Source: a virus (taxonomy: Duplodnaviria; Caudoviricetes). Taken from it: DNA of 64,000 nt. Below, one piece after another: positions 28,868 through 37,782 of the stretch; the first letter of the stretch is position 1, and every line of letters starts with the position of its first letter. Position numbers and translations under genes: made by a program. Where the stretch lies: positions 212,811 to 276,810 of IMG/VR virus record IMGVR_UViG_3300034126_000020; one strand, 5' to 3'. A model generated the notes under the pieces. That model did no database searches, had not been told where the DNA came from, and saw nothing but the letters and a program-made list of their open reading frames with translations.

Positions 28868-31258
28868 ATGAGTACTGTCCTTCCACAATACCCTTTCGAT
28901 CCGACGGGTGTCGCGGCAACAAACAAGGTGACCGAGACCCAGTCGATTCGTTCGCGGGGTACGTTCGATCACTATTACATCATTCCGCGCCTCGGTCCGT
29001 TCTACGCCACAAGCGTAAAGCTGCGACTGTATCCGCAGGGTGCAAACGTCAACAACCCAGCGTTGGGTACTGACCTTCACGAAGGTGAGCACTACAACTT
29101 CGGGTATCACTTCGCTTACGCGTCTCATACCATTGGTTTGCCGGTCTACGGCGCCATTACGTTCTACGATCGCAATCTCGAAGGTCAGCTCCGCATGGAG
29201 TACCAGACCATCGGTGACGATTGGGTACTGGATGATCAGGCGTACAGTGAACTCCTGCTTAACGTGGCGTTTAACCCACGCATCGCAAACTGGGAACAGG
29301 TGGTTGAACTGCCTCGTGAATTCCCGGTGGTCAACCATGACTTCAGCATTGACGACTTTGTCGGCATGTCGGAAGTGGTCGATGAGCTGGCGGACATTGA
29401 GCGAGCATTGCTTCAACAAGGTGTCGGTGGCATCGCAGAACACATCGCCGACAAGTCCAACCCTCACGCTGTCACTAAAGCGCAGGTCGGACTGAGCCTG
29501 GTGGATAACTTCCCTACTGCTACTGTAGGTGAAGCGACCGCTGCGGTAGCCAATAACCGTTTTATGACGCCTCTGCGAACCAAGCAGTTGATCGACGCTG
29601 TCGCCACTGCCGCGCTCAATGCGCACATGGCTGACATGAACAACCCACACACCGTGACCAAAGCGCAAGTCGGTCTCGGTAGTGTGCAGAACTTTGCCTT
29701 GGCCACACAGGCTGAAGCCGAAGCCGGTGCCTCGAACGCCCGTTACATGACTCCCCTGCGGACTCGTGAAGCAATCGAAGCCATCGCAGGTGCAAAGATC
29801 GACGGTCACATTGCGGACAAGAACAACCCTCACGGCACTACCAAAGCGCAGGTAGGTTTGGGTAACGTCATCAACATCGGCATTGCAACCAACGCGGCTG
29901 CTCTGTCCGGTACCGATGACTCAGGTATCATCACCCCTCGTCTGTTGTCGTTGGTGTTGAGTGAAACGGTAGGGTCGGGTGTTACTGACCACATCAATAA
30001 CTTCAACAACCCACACAGCACGACCAAGTCCCAAGTCGGCTTGGGCAGCGTTGAGAACTTCGGTATTGCTACACCTGCCGAAGCTGCTGATGCGACTGCC
30101 AACAACAAGTACATGACGCCGCTGGCTGTTCGTCAAGCGATCAACGCCTTGGTGGGTGACAGTTCGAATGCTCACGTCAGTGACTTCAACAACCCGCACA
30201 AAGTGACGGCTGCTCAGGTTGGTACGTACACCGAGCAAGAGATTGACGCTCTGCTGCTGGACAAGTTGGACGTGACTGCCGCGGCAGCTAACGCCCTGAA
30301 GGTCTACGGCTTGACTCAAGCTCAGTTGGCTGCATGGGTAGGGACTCTGAAGGCAGGCGATACCATCCTGTTCGATGGCAAGACCTACATCGATGTCATG
30401 AACACCTTCTTGGCCAGTAAGGTTGCTGACACGTCGAAGTTTGACGGGAAGACCTACGCTGAAGTGAAGGCCGACATGGCCGGTCAGGTGGCGGGCAGCA
30501 AGATTCAGTACGCTGTCCCTGAAATGCCTCTGCTGATCGACGGTACCGGTAACGAAGTCCCTGCTCCGGTTCACTGGATCTTGTTGGGTAGCTTCAAAGC
30601 CCCAATCAATGGTCTGCATGCAGACCTGACGTTGATGCTGACTGGTGGCCGTAACGATGAATCCCTCAACGCAGACAAGCAACACACTGCGCTGTTGGAG
30701 ATCGGTGCGACCTACGACCAAGAAGGCGGTGTAGGTGACTTCACTCTGCATCCTCGTGGTGCGGCAGTCAAGCACTTGTCGGCTGGTGCGTACCCAATGA
30801 CGTTGGGCTTTGTGGTTACAGGTACTAACCTGAACTCGAAGATCGATGTCTACCTCAAAGGGGTGGGTCAGCGCAACCCGATCAACATCACTGAGCTGTC
30901 GGACAAGCTCTGGATTCCGGCTACGTTCCCATCGTGGGAAGATCTGGCTGACATCGTTACTGTGGAACCTACCGGGATTGTTTACCCGGCTGTCTTCACT
31001 GACGGTACAGCAGACATCGCGGCATTGCAGGCTTTCCAAGCCCGTCGTGATAACCCTCACGTTGTGACCAAAGCTCAAGTAGGGCTGGCATCCACGCCGA
31101 ACTACGCTGCGGCAACCAACGCCCAGGCGGTAACCGGCACTGCAACGAACCTGTTGATGACCCCTGCAACAACCACCGCCAAAGTCGATGATTCTATCGG
31201 CAAGATGTGCGATGAGTTGATCACGGTCATTGATGCGTCGATGCCGCTGTTCGCTTGA
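28868..31258 (+). CDS. Tail fibre protein (phiKZ gp146-like)
   Basis: YPFDPTG N-terminus; six H..D..NPH.(V/T)TKAQVGL-type repeats with a ~270-aa non-repeat insert before the last one; GGAG RBS. Confidence 0.8.
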   Translation: MSTVLPQYPFDPTGVAATNKVTETQSIRSRGTFDHYYIIPRLGPFYATSVKLRLYPQGANVNNPALGTDLHEGEHYNFGYHFAYASHTIGLPVYGAITFYDRNLEGQLRMEYQTIGDDWVLDDQAYSELLLNVAFNPRIANWEQVVELPREFPVVNHDFSIDDFVGMSEVVDELADIERALLQQGVGGIAEHIADKSNPHAVTKAQVGLSLVDNFPTATVGEATAAVANNRFMTPLRTKQLIDAVATAALNAHMADMNNPHTVTKAQVGLGSVQNFALATQAEAEAGASNARYMTPLRTREAIEAIAGAKIDGHIADKNNPHGTTKAQVGLGNVINIGIATNAAALSGTDDSGIITPRLLSLVLSETVGSGVTDHINNFNNPHSTTKSQVGLGSVENFGIATPAEAADATANNKYMTPLAVRQAINALVGDSSNAHVSDFNNPHKVTAAQVGTYTEQEIDALLLDKLDVTAAAANALKVYGLTQAQLAAWVGTLKAGDTILFDGKTYIDVMNTFLASKVADTSKFDGKTYAEVKADMAGQVAGSKIQYAVPEMPLLIDGTGNEVPAPVHWILLGSFKAPINGLHADLTLMLTGGRNDESLNADKQHTALLEIGATYDQEGGVGDFTLHPRGAAVKHLSAGAYPMTLGFVVTGTNLNSKIDVYLKGVGQRNPINITELSDKLWIPATFPSWEDLADIVTVEPTGIVYPAVFTDGTADIAALQAFQARRDNPHVVTKAQVGLASTPNYAAATNAQAVTGTATNLLMTPATTTAKVDDSIGKMCDELITVIDASMPLFA

Positions 31259-31265
31259 TCTTGAG

Positions 31266-31299
31266 ACACGCTGCGTCTAACGGCGTAGCGTGTTGTTTT
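31266..31299 (+). terminator. Rho-independent terminator between the fibre genes
   Basis: ACACGCTGCGTC-TAAC-GGCGTAGCGTGT then TGTTTT; G-U pairs support the + strand. Confidence 0.7.
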
Positions 31300-31328
31300 C
31301 GAAACTATTCGGATGATGGAGTTTCTCC

Positions 31329-32774
31329 ATGAGTGTACCACCGATTATCCAGTACCCTCTTGACCTAGACGGTACGTCACTGACGAACAAGATTGTCGGT
31401 GAGCGACGGGAAATCAGTACAAACACGGCTCGCGCGTTTGTTCCCAAGGCAGGTCCTTTCTACACCAGTTCGTTTGTCATCATCAACGCAGACACCGGGG
31501 TTCCCTTGGTGCCGGTTGACGACTACGTGCTGGCCCAACCGTTTTCTCAGGCTTCCTTGCGAAGCGGTAAAGACGTGCAGTGCGCTGTGGTCCTTAAAGT
31601 GCAAGCCCCTATCACGGTGATCATGGATTACCAAGTGGTGGGTGGTGAGTACTCCTGGAACCTGAAGGCGCTGGCTGACTTGATCGAACAGGTCAACCTC
31701 GATGAACGCCCTATCAAATGGGGTTCCATCATCGGACGTCCTACGGCGTATCCGCCGGCTCCTCACATCCACGACATCGGCGATACATACGGCTGGGAAT
31801 ACGTGGTGTGGCAACTGGAGCGAATCACCAACGCGATCTTGGTCGGTGACGAAGCGTCTCACGATGAACTGCGTCAACAGATGCAATTCATTCGGGATCA
31901 ACTGCAAGCGAACATCGATGCAGTGGACCTGAAGATCGACAACCACCTGAACGATTTCAATAACCCTCACAACACCACGAAAGCTCAAGTGGGTCTGGGG
32001 TCTGTTGAGAACTATCCGGTGGCATCGAACGCTGAGGCTCTGGCGGGTGTCGTTGGTAACCGTTACATGACGCCTACGCTGGTGTCGATTCTGGCCAACC
32101 GTATCTCTCAGGAGATCACGGATGCTCACGAAGCCAAGAAGAACAACCCTCACGCCGTTACAAAGGCACAGGTTGGTCTGGGCAGCGTAGACAACTTCGC
32201 CACGGCTTCGCAAGCCCAGGCAGAAGCCGGTACAGCCCCTGATGTGTTCATGACACCTCAGCGCACGTACCAAGCGATCATGGTGTTCGCAGGCAACAAG
32301 ATCAACCAGCACGTTGCTGACGTCAATAACCCACACCAGACCACCAAGGCGCAAGTCGGTCTCGGTTTGGTTGACAACTTCCAGACCGCGTCGGTGGCTG
32401 AAGCTCAGCAAGGTATCCTGAACGATCGCTTCATGACACCTGCTCGTACCAAGGCGGCTATTGATGCCATGGTCGGCAACGTGATCAACCAGCACATCTC
32501 GAACTTCAACAATCCGCACAACACGACCAAAGCGCAAGTGGGGTTGGGGAACATCCCGAACAACATCACTCGTTCTCGTGGGTTGAACTCCGACGATTAC
32601 CTGCTGACCGCTGGCGGCATCTTCGATCACGTGAACTCTGCGGATCACGATGCTCGTTACGCACCCAAGAACACCCCGGGTGTCGACTGCTCTGTTCACT
32701 GGAACGGTTCGGCGGCCTACGTGTGGGGCGGCGGTGCTTGGCGTCAAGTGTGGCCACCGCTGTGGCAAGATTGA
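31329..32774 (+). CDS. Tail fibre protein (phiKZ gp145-like)
   Basis: YPLDLDG N-terminus, four NPH..TKAQVGL repeats, C-terminal WNG..YVW.GGAWRQVW. Confidence 0.8.
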   Translation: MSVPPIIQYPLDLDGTSLTNKIVGERREISTNTARAFVPKAGPFYTSSFVIINADTGVPLVPVDDYVLAQPFSQASLRSGKDVQCAVVLKVQAPITVIMDYQVVGGEYSWNLKALADLIEQVNLDERPIKWGSIIGRPTAYPPAPHIHDIGDTYGWEYVVWQLERITNAILVGDEASHDELRQQMQFIRDQLQANIDAVDLKIDNHLNDFNNPHNTTKAQVGLGSVENYPVASNAEALAGVVGNRYMTPTLVSILANRISQEITDAHEAKKNNPHAVTKAQVGLGSVDNFATASQAQAEAGTAPDVFMTPQRTYQAIMVFAGNKINQHVADVNNPHQTTKAQVGLGLVDNFQTASVAEAQQGILNDRFMTPARTKAAIDAMVGNVINQHISNFNNPHNTTKAQVGLGNIPNNITRSRGLNSDDYLLTAGGIFDHVNSADHDARYAPKNTPGVDCSVHWNGSAAYVWGGGAWRQVWPPLWQD

Positions 32775-32798
32775 TCTGACTACCTAGAGGACTGCATC

Positions 32799-33305
32799 AT
32801 GTTTCAACGGCTGGATAACCTGTTCGCTGAGATCAGTGAAGAACTGCTGGACCTTGACGTCCTGATGATGAGTCCTTTTGTGTACGAGCAGGGCTTGGTG
32901 AAGTTTATCAAGAACGGCGGTAGTCATGACGTATTCACTATTTCCGATTACCTTGAGATTGACGACAAGCCAGTCAAGGTAGAAGGCATGGAACGCCTCA
33001 ACGGAACCATGTGGAAAGTCTGTAAGCGGTTGGCAGATCACTTCGGCCATGAAGGCCCGGTGACCTGTCACCTGTTTATATCCCCTAAAGACGGGGTGAG
33101 TTTCCCGATGCACACTGACCTGGATGATGTGGTTATTCACATGGTCACAGGACAAAAGACTTTCGAGTCAACGGACGGGTCGATGGACCTTGTAGCCGGT
33201 GACTCCATTTACATCCCGAGAGGCACGAAGCATCGTGCCATCAACACTGACAGTTCCCTTATGCTGAGTTTTGGCTTGGAACTCTTCACGGAAGCCAAAC
33301 TGTGA
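32799..33305 (+). CDS. JmjC/cupin 2OG-Fe(II) hydroxylase
   Basis: FPMHTD.DDV..HMVTGQKTF...GDSIYIPRG..H: HxD...H triad in a RoxA/Cupin_4-like pattern; GAGGA RBS. Confidence 0.85.
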   Translation: MFQRLDNLFAEISEELLDLDVLMMSPFVYEQGLVKFIKNGGSHDVFTISDYLEIDDKPVKVEGMERLNGTMWKVCKRLADHFGHEGPVTCHLFISPKDGVSFPMHTDLDDVVIHMVTGQKTFESTDGSMDLVAGDSIYIPRGTKHRAINTDSSLMLSFGLELFTEAKL

Positions 33306-34339
33306 ATCAAAAGACCATTTACGTCAAGACCACCGGTACTTGCAACCTGAACTGTCAGCACTGTTTCACCAACGGGAAGAACGGGGATAAGACCCACTTC
33401 AACCCAGAGGCCACAGTGGCCTGGATCAAAGACTTTATGTCTCGGTATCCGGAAGACACCCACTACCACATCGAGTTCCATGGTGGGGAGCCTTTCCTCG
33501 TGCCCTTGGAGAAGATGCAGATCGTAGCGGATGCGTTCATCGAACAAGAGAACGTGTCCATGTGTGCCAACAGCAACTTGACCTTCAAGATGACTGATGC
33601 GCACATCGACTTCATCAAGCATTATTTTGGTGGTTACATCGGGACCAGTTGGGATCATTGGATTCGCTGGAGCAACGAGAAGCAGGTGAACCTGTGGAAG
33701 AGCAATCTTCGGTTGCTGAAGTCCCATGGCATTGACATTGGTCTCAAGGTGTCTGTCAGTCGTCCTCTGATTGAGACCACGCCTGATTGGTTCATTGATC
33801 AGATGGAAGCCATTGCGGTGGACGATGTGTCGCTTGAGCGTCTGACCCACGACGGCAGTGCTGAGGTCAACCTCGACATCTTCCCCAACAACGAGGCTCA
33901 GGATAACTGGTACCTCGCGCTTTATTTGCGTTACAAAGAAAGGAACCCGCGCGTAAAGATTCGCACCTTGGACATCATCGAGCAAAAGCTCAAGATGAAA
34001 ATGGTAAGAGTCGACACCAACTGCCGGAACTGTGAGCAGAACCTTGTGACGATGAACCCAGATGGGTCGTTGTCGGGTTGCCCTAACGCAGCCACCAAGC
34101 TTCACCATGCCAAGTTAGAGCAGGGCGTCGATGCGTTCCTCAATTCCGACAGTCGGATTGATGAGATCGTAAGCGAAGTGACGCGGAGTGATACGTGCAT
34201 TACGTGCGACGTGTACGATCTATGTGGGGGTGATTGCCATCGTCTCCCATGGCAGAAAGGTCGCTGTGGTGGTCTGAAAAACACACTGCGTTATTTGTCT
34301 GGTCGTGCTCAACAGTCCAACCTGATTATAAAGGTGTGA
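33302..34339 (+). CDS. Radical SAM enzyme with SPASM-type Cys-rich C-terminus (rSAM-1)
   Basis: CNLNCQHC, FHGGEP, C-terminal CRNC..GCP..CITC....CGGDC..C; GTGA overlap with the JmjC gene. Confidence 0.92.
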   Translation: MNQKTIYVKTTGTCNLNCQHCFTNGKNGDKTHFNPEATVAWIKDFMSRYPEDTHYHIEFHGGEPFLVPLEKMQIVADAFIEQENVSMCANSNLTFKMTDAHIDFIKHYFGGYIGTSWDHWIRWSNEKQVNLWKSNLRLLKSHGIDIGLKVSVSRPLIETTPDWFIDQMEAIAVDDVSLERLTHDGSAEVNLDIFPNNEAQDNWYLALYLRYKERNPRVKIRTLDIIEQKLKMKMVRVDTNCRNCEQNLVTMNPDGSLSGCPNAATKLHHAKLEQGVDAFLNSDSRIDEIVSEVTRSDTCITCDVYDLCGGDCHRLPWQKGRCGGLKNTLRYLSGRAQQSNLIIKV

Positions 34340-34340
34340 T

Positions 34341-34877
34341 ATGGCCGAAGTAATTACTCGGAACCGGATGGCCGTCAACGCCAACTCCATTCTGAAGAAC
34401 AACATGAACAGCGGAATCAGTTGGGGGACGAATAACTATCCTGCCAACTCCATTCCCGGCTGGTTCGCTGGTACGACTGCTGGGGTAGACTTCACTGCCA
34501 CTGTAGCGCACTTCCAAGCCGGTAAACCCAGTGCGTCTCAGACAGTAGCTGTGCTGCGTAACATCGCAAACGTCTTCGGTGGCGTGCGGACTACGCGGAT
34601 CGTCATCTACTACAACAACAACGGAAACCTGCAAGTCCAGTACGATGGAACTGCGGTGGCCAACACTATATACGGTGTAGGTGATTTCGCCTCCCAAGCC
34701 AACCTCGGTGGCCTTGGCGTCAACACTCCTTTGTCCTTGAACATGTTCAACGCTGCCTGTCTGGCGCTTTGGAACGTGTACGTGGCCAACTGCCGTAACC
34801 AAGTCCTTACCCTGACCAACACCGTTTGCCACACGAGCTGCCACGTAAGTTGCCACTCGTCCCGCGGTCGTCGGTAA
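34341..34877 (+). CDS. Asn/Gly-rich protein ending in (CHxS)3-RGRR; candidate substrate of the modification cluster
   Basis: 178 aa with very few acidic residues; C-terminus CHTSCHVSCHSSRGRR; starts 1 nt after the rSAM-1 stop. Confidence 0.75.
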   Translation: MAEVITRNRMAVNANSILKNNMNSGISWGTNNYPANSIPGWFAGTTAGVDFTATVAHFQAGKPSASQTVAVLRNIANVFGGVRTTRIVIYYNNNGNLQVQYDGTAVANTIYGVGDFASQANLGGLGVNTPLSLNMFNAACLALWNVYVANCRNQVLTLTNTVCHTSCHVSCHSSRGRR

Positions 34878-34894
34878 TCATCGAGGAGAACATC

Positions 34895-35704
34895 GTGGAC
34901 AAGACTACCGAAGTGGAAGTCAAGAAAGAGCCTAACAAGCTGCCAGTACCGCGCTTTGCACCCATTGAAGGTGAGCTGGTTGTCATTGAGACCACCGTGC
35001 CTGTCCCCATCATGGTCATGCGTCGTAAGTTCACCGAGAACATCAAGTTCATCGTGGACTACGACAACAGCCGTCACAAAGGCAAGGTGTTCATCACGTA
35101 CATCACCAACATGGGTGTTGAATGTGAACTGCGGTTCGGGTCCGTTGAGTCTAAACTGGAACTGGTGAAAGAGTATCTTCACGTCACCTCCATGGTGGAC
35201 CTGCCGCAATTGGAAGACGTCGTGATCAATCTGTTGCTGGCAGCGACGGGCAAGCCTTACCACTTGGACTTCAATCCTCTGGACTTCATTCTGGAGAACG
35301 AAGAGATCCTTCAGGTATGGATGCGGAACTGCTGCATGGTCCCGACGTACGCCCTGCACAGTTACCCGCCCACTGAGGACCAGGTCAAGAACTACGAAGA
35401 GATCCCAGGTGATGACCTGAGCGGTATCAACTTCGTGCACTTGGCCAGCCACATCTTGTTCCCGATGTTGATTTCTGACGTCCCTGAAGAGCACTGGTGC
35501 TGGAACAAGACGTTCTTCAAGGAGTACTGCTTCGGTGGACACAACCTGTTCTACTACACGCAGTCGGAGAACAACCCGTTCTTCATGGCGTTGCTGGTGA
35601 TCAGTGAACCGGAAGCAGTGGGTGATCTGGGGATTGCAGCGGCTACCATCCTGCAAGAAAACCACACTTACCTAAAGGGCCTCGAACATGTACCATCTGC
35701 TTAA
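34895..35704 (+). CDS. Hypothetical protein of the rSAM cluster
   Basis: 269 aa from GTG 34895 (GAGGAG RBS); overlaps the next gene. Confidence 0.7.
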   Translation: MDKTTEVEVKKEPNKLPVPRFAPIEGELVVIETTVPVPIMVMRRKFTENIKFIVDYDNSRHKGKVFITYITNMGVECELRFGSVESKLELVKEYLHVTSMVDLPQLEDVVINLLLAATGKPYHLDFNPLDFILENEEILQVWMRNCCMVPTYALHSYPPTEDQVKNYEEIPGDDLSGINFVHLASHILFPMLISDVPEEHWCWNKTFFKEYCFGGHNLFYYTQSENNPFFMALLVISEPEAVGDLGIAAATILQENHTYLKGLEHVPSA

Positions 35705-36743
35705 CCAGACGTACGTCGATTCTGAAACACGGATTGACCGTACAGCAAATACGATCACCATCTCGCCACAGGTGGGGTTCGAATACATCCCTCAGCCTAA
35801 CGAGAAGGTCGGGACTCACTTGGGTTACGGGACCAGTCTGGATGCTTTCACGCCAGAACAGTTCCATGACCTGATGGTGGCGGCTAATGAGCTGAACGAG
35901 AAGGTTGTCATCTACAGCGATGGCCGGACCTACGCTCGCATGTACGCCATGTTGGTCAAAGCGGTGTTCCCGAACATCGACTTCGACAACTTCTGCTGGT
36001 TCATGCTCTGCAAGAAAGCCACGTTCAACTCGATCATCGTGGCCATGGGCGAACCCCGGGTTGACGTGCTGTCGAGCGTGGTGATCAACCGGGCTGTCTG
36101 CAAAGAACTGTTCGAAGCTGAAGAGCCTCTTCAAGAGACCTTCAATGAACTGGTCGCTGACGACGCTGATGCACTGTCGCTGGAATGGCACATTGCTCGG
36201 TTGCGGACTGAAGGCATTTCGGGAAAGATCCCAAAGGCAACCAAGACCATCTTGCGCCGCATCGCTCTGTCGAACGCGCATGATGCCATGGATGTCTGGG
36301 CCCGTCACCTGACCCGTCCTCAGTTCTGGGACATGGCCGGTGCTGACATGGACACTCTGCTCAATGCACCGTCCGTGTTTGAAGGGTGCTTGGGTCTGCC
36401 TCACTTGGCCTCCCAACAGTTGCTGCGTCCTGGCCTGTACGATTTCCGTCCGAACGACACGTGGATCAAAGGCATGCTGCGTGAAGCAGTGGACCTGATG
36501 CACCGTCTTGAAGATGGTTCGTCGGCTGAACGTGCCGCTGAGATCCTGCGTCTGCTGGAAGATGACCGCAACATGGTCGAGGCAGCTAACTGTCTGGACC
36601 GGGTCAACCGGATGTTCAATGGCGAGATGCGTATTGCCCTGGCCATGCGTGACACCGGCAAGTACGACGAGAACCTCATTCGTCACATCCTGAACATGGA
36701 GCTGTCTGTTCTCAAGGCAGCCTTGGAAGGGGCGACCTGGTAA
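35688..36743 (+). CDS. Hypothetical protein of the rSAM cluster
   Basis: 351 aa; TAATG coupling to rSAM-2. Confidence 0.75.
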   Translation: MYHLLNQTYVDSETRIDRTANTITISPQVGFEYIPQPNEKVGTHLGYGTSLDAFTPEQFHDLMVAANELNEKVVIYSDGRTYARMYAMLVKAVFPNIDFDNFCWFMLCKKATFNSIIVAMGEPRVDVLSSVVINRAVCKELFEAEEPLQETFNELVADDADALSLEWHIARLRTEGISGKIPKATKTILRRIALSNAHDAMDVWARHLTRPQFWDMAGADMDTLLNAPSVFEGCLGLPHLASQQLLRPGLYDFRPNDTWIKGMLREAVDLMHRLEDGSSAERAAEILRLLEDDRNMVEAANCLDRVNRMFNGEMRIALAMRDTGKYDENLIRHILNMELSVLKAALEGATW

Positions 36744-37738
36744 TGGAACTGATCCCTGTAGTGAACATACTCAGGGATAAGAAGGGTCGCCGTAAGGAGG
36801 CCCATCTGATCCTGTTCGAATGGTGCAACCTGCGGTGTTCCTTCTGCCATCAGGACCACGATTCCAAAGTGGGCTTCGATGCGGTTGACATGATCCGTAA
36901 AGCACAAACGCTGATCGACGAAGTGGACAGTGAATCGGAGATCGTGATCAACATCACCGGTGGTGAACTGTTCATGGACGATGTACCGGACTGGATGTTC
37001 GGTTACTACCTGACGATTGGCAGAATGCTGCTCGAGAACTTCCCTCATGCCAAATTGGTCTGGGGGACGAACTTGATCTTCAAGGATGTCTGGCGAGTGG
37101 CTCGTTTGATCCACATGCTGAGACCGTATGGTAAAGTCGTTCTGGCTACGTCGTATGATCCTGCTGGGCGGTTCAATGAGATGCAGCGTATTCGCTTCTT
37201 CGAAGTGCTTGAAGAAGTTGCTCCTCTGGTTGAAACGGTCAACGTGGTGATCACCAAGCAGAACATCGAGTCCTTCCTTGCGGGCCGGGAAGGTCGGGAA
37301 GTGGCTTGGCTCTGTGAGCAGTTCGACGTGTACTTCGATCACTACATCCCTAGCCAGATGTACGAGTACATTCAGCCGGATGAAGAGTTGATCAGCGCCT
37401 TGTACCTGCACCTGAACAAGAAGTACCCCAACTCCTACCCGATCAAGGACTGGAAGGCTAACGTGATCAATGAGACCACGTGCCGTTCTACCAAGATCAT
37501 CAACAAGGACGGCGTTGTCAGTACTTGTTGGTCTGAGGCAGGCAAGGGTGCGATCTTGGATGAGGCTGAAGGCTTGCGGGCTAAGGACGAAGCAGAGATT
37601 GCGTTCGTGGAACATTACGAGTGCTTCTCCTGTGAGTACTACACCCGGTGTGGCTTGCGGTGCTTCCTCCATGACACTGTCTTGGGTGAGAAGTCCAAGG
37701 TGTGCAGCATCAAGACCATGTTCGACGAAATCTTGTGA
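36743..37738 (+). CDS. Radical SAM enzyme (rSAM-2)
   Basis: CNLRCSFC, ITGGE, C-terminal CFSC....CGLRC...C. Confidence 0.88.
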   Translation: MELIPVVNILRDKKGRRKEAHLILFEWCNLRCSFCHQDHDSKVGFDAVDMIRKAQTLIDEVDSESEIVINITGGELFMDDVPDWMFGYYLTIGRMLLENFPHAKLVWGTNLIFKDVWRVARLIHMLRPYGKVVLATSYDPAGRFNEMQRIRFFEVLEEVAPLVETVNVVITKQNIESFLAGREGREVAWLCEQFDVYFDHYIPSQMYEYIQPDEELISALYLHLNKKYPNSYPIKDWKANVINETTCRSTKIINKDGVVSTCWSEAGKGAILDEAEGLRAKDEAEIAFVEHYECFSCEYYTRCGLRCFLHDTVLGEKSKVCSIKTMFDEIL

Positions 37739-37743
37739 CACGG

Positions 37744-37776
37744 CATAAAGGCAGGGGCTGATGCCCCTGCCCTATG
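37744..37776. terminator. Hairpin between convergent genes
   Basis: CATA-AA-GGCAGGGGC-TGAT-GCCCCTGCC-C-TATG. Confidence 0.7.
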
Positions 37777-37782
37777 TTCGCT

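Noticed and set aside
29440-32550. Recurrent ACCAAAGCGCAAGTCGGTCT-like DNA repeats as mobile or DGR elements
   Set aside because: They are the coding repeats of the fibre motif; no RT and no adenine-specific variation pattern.
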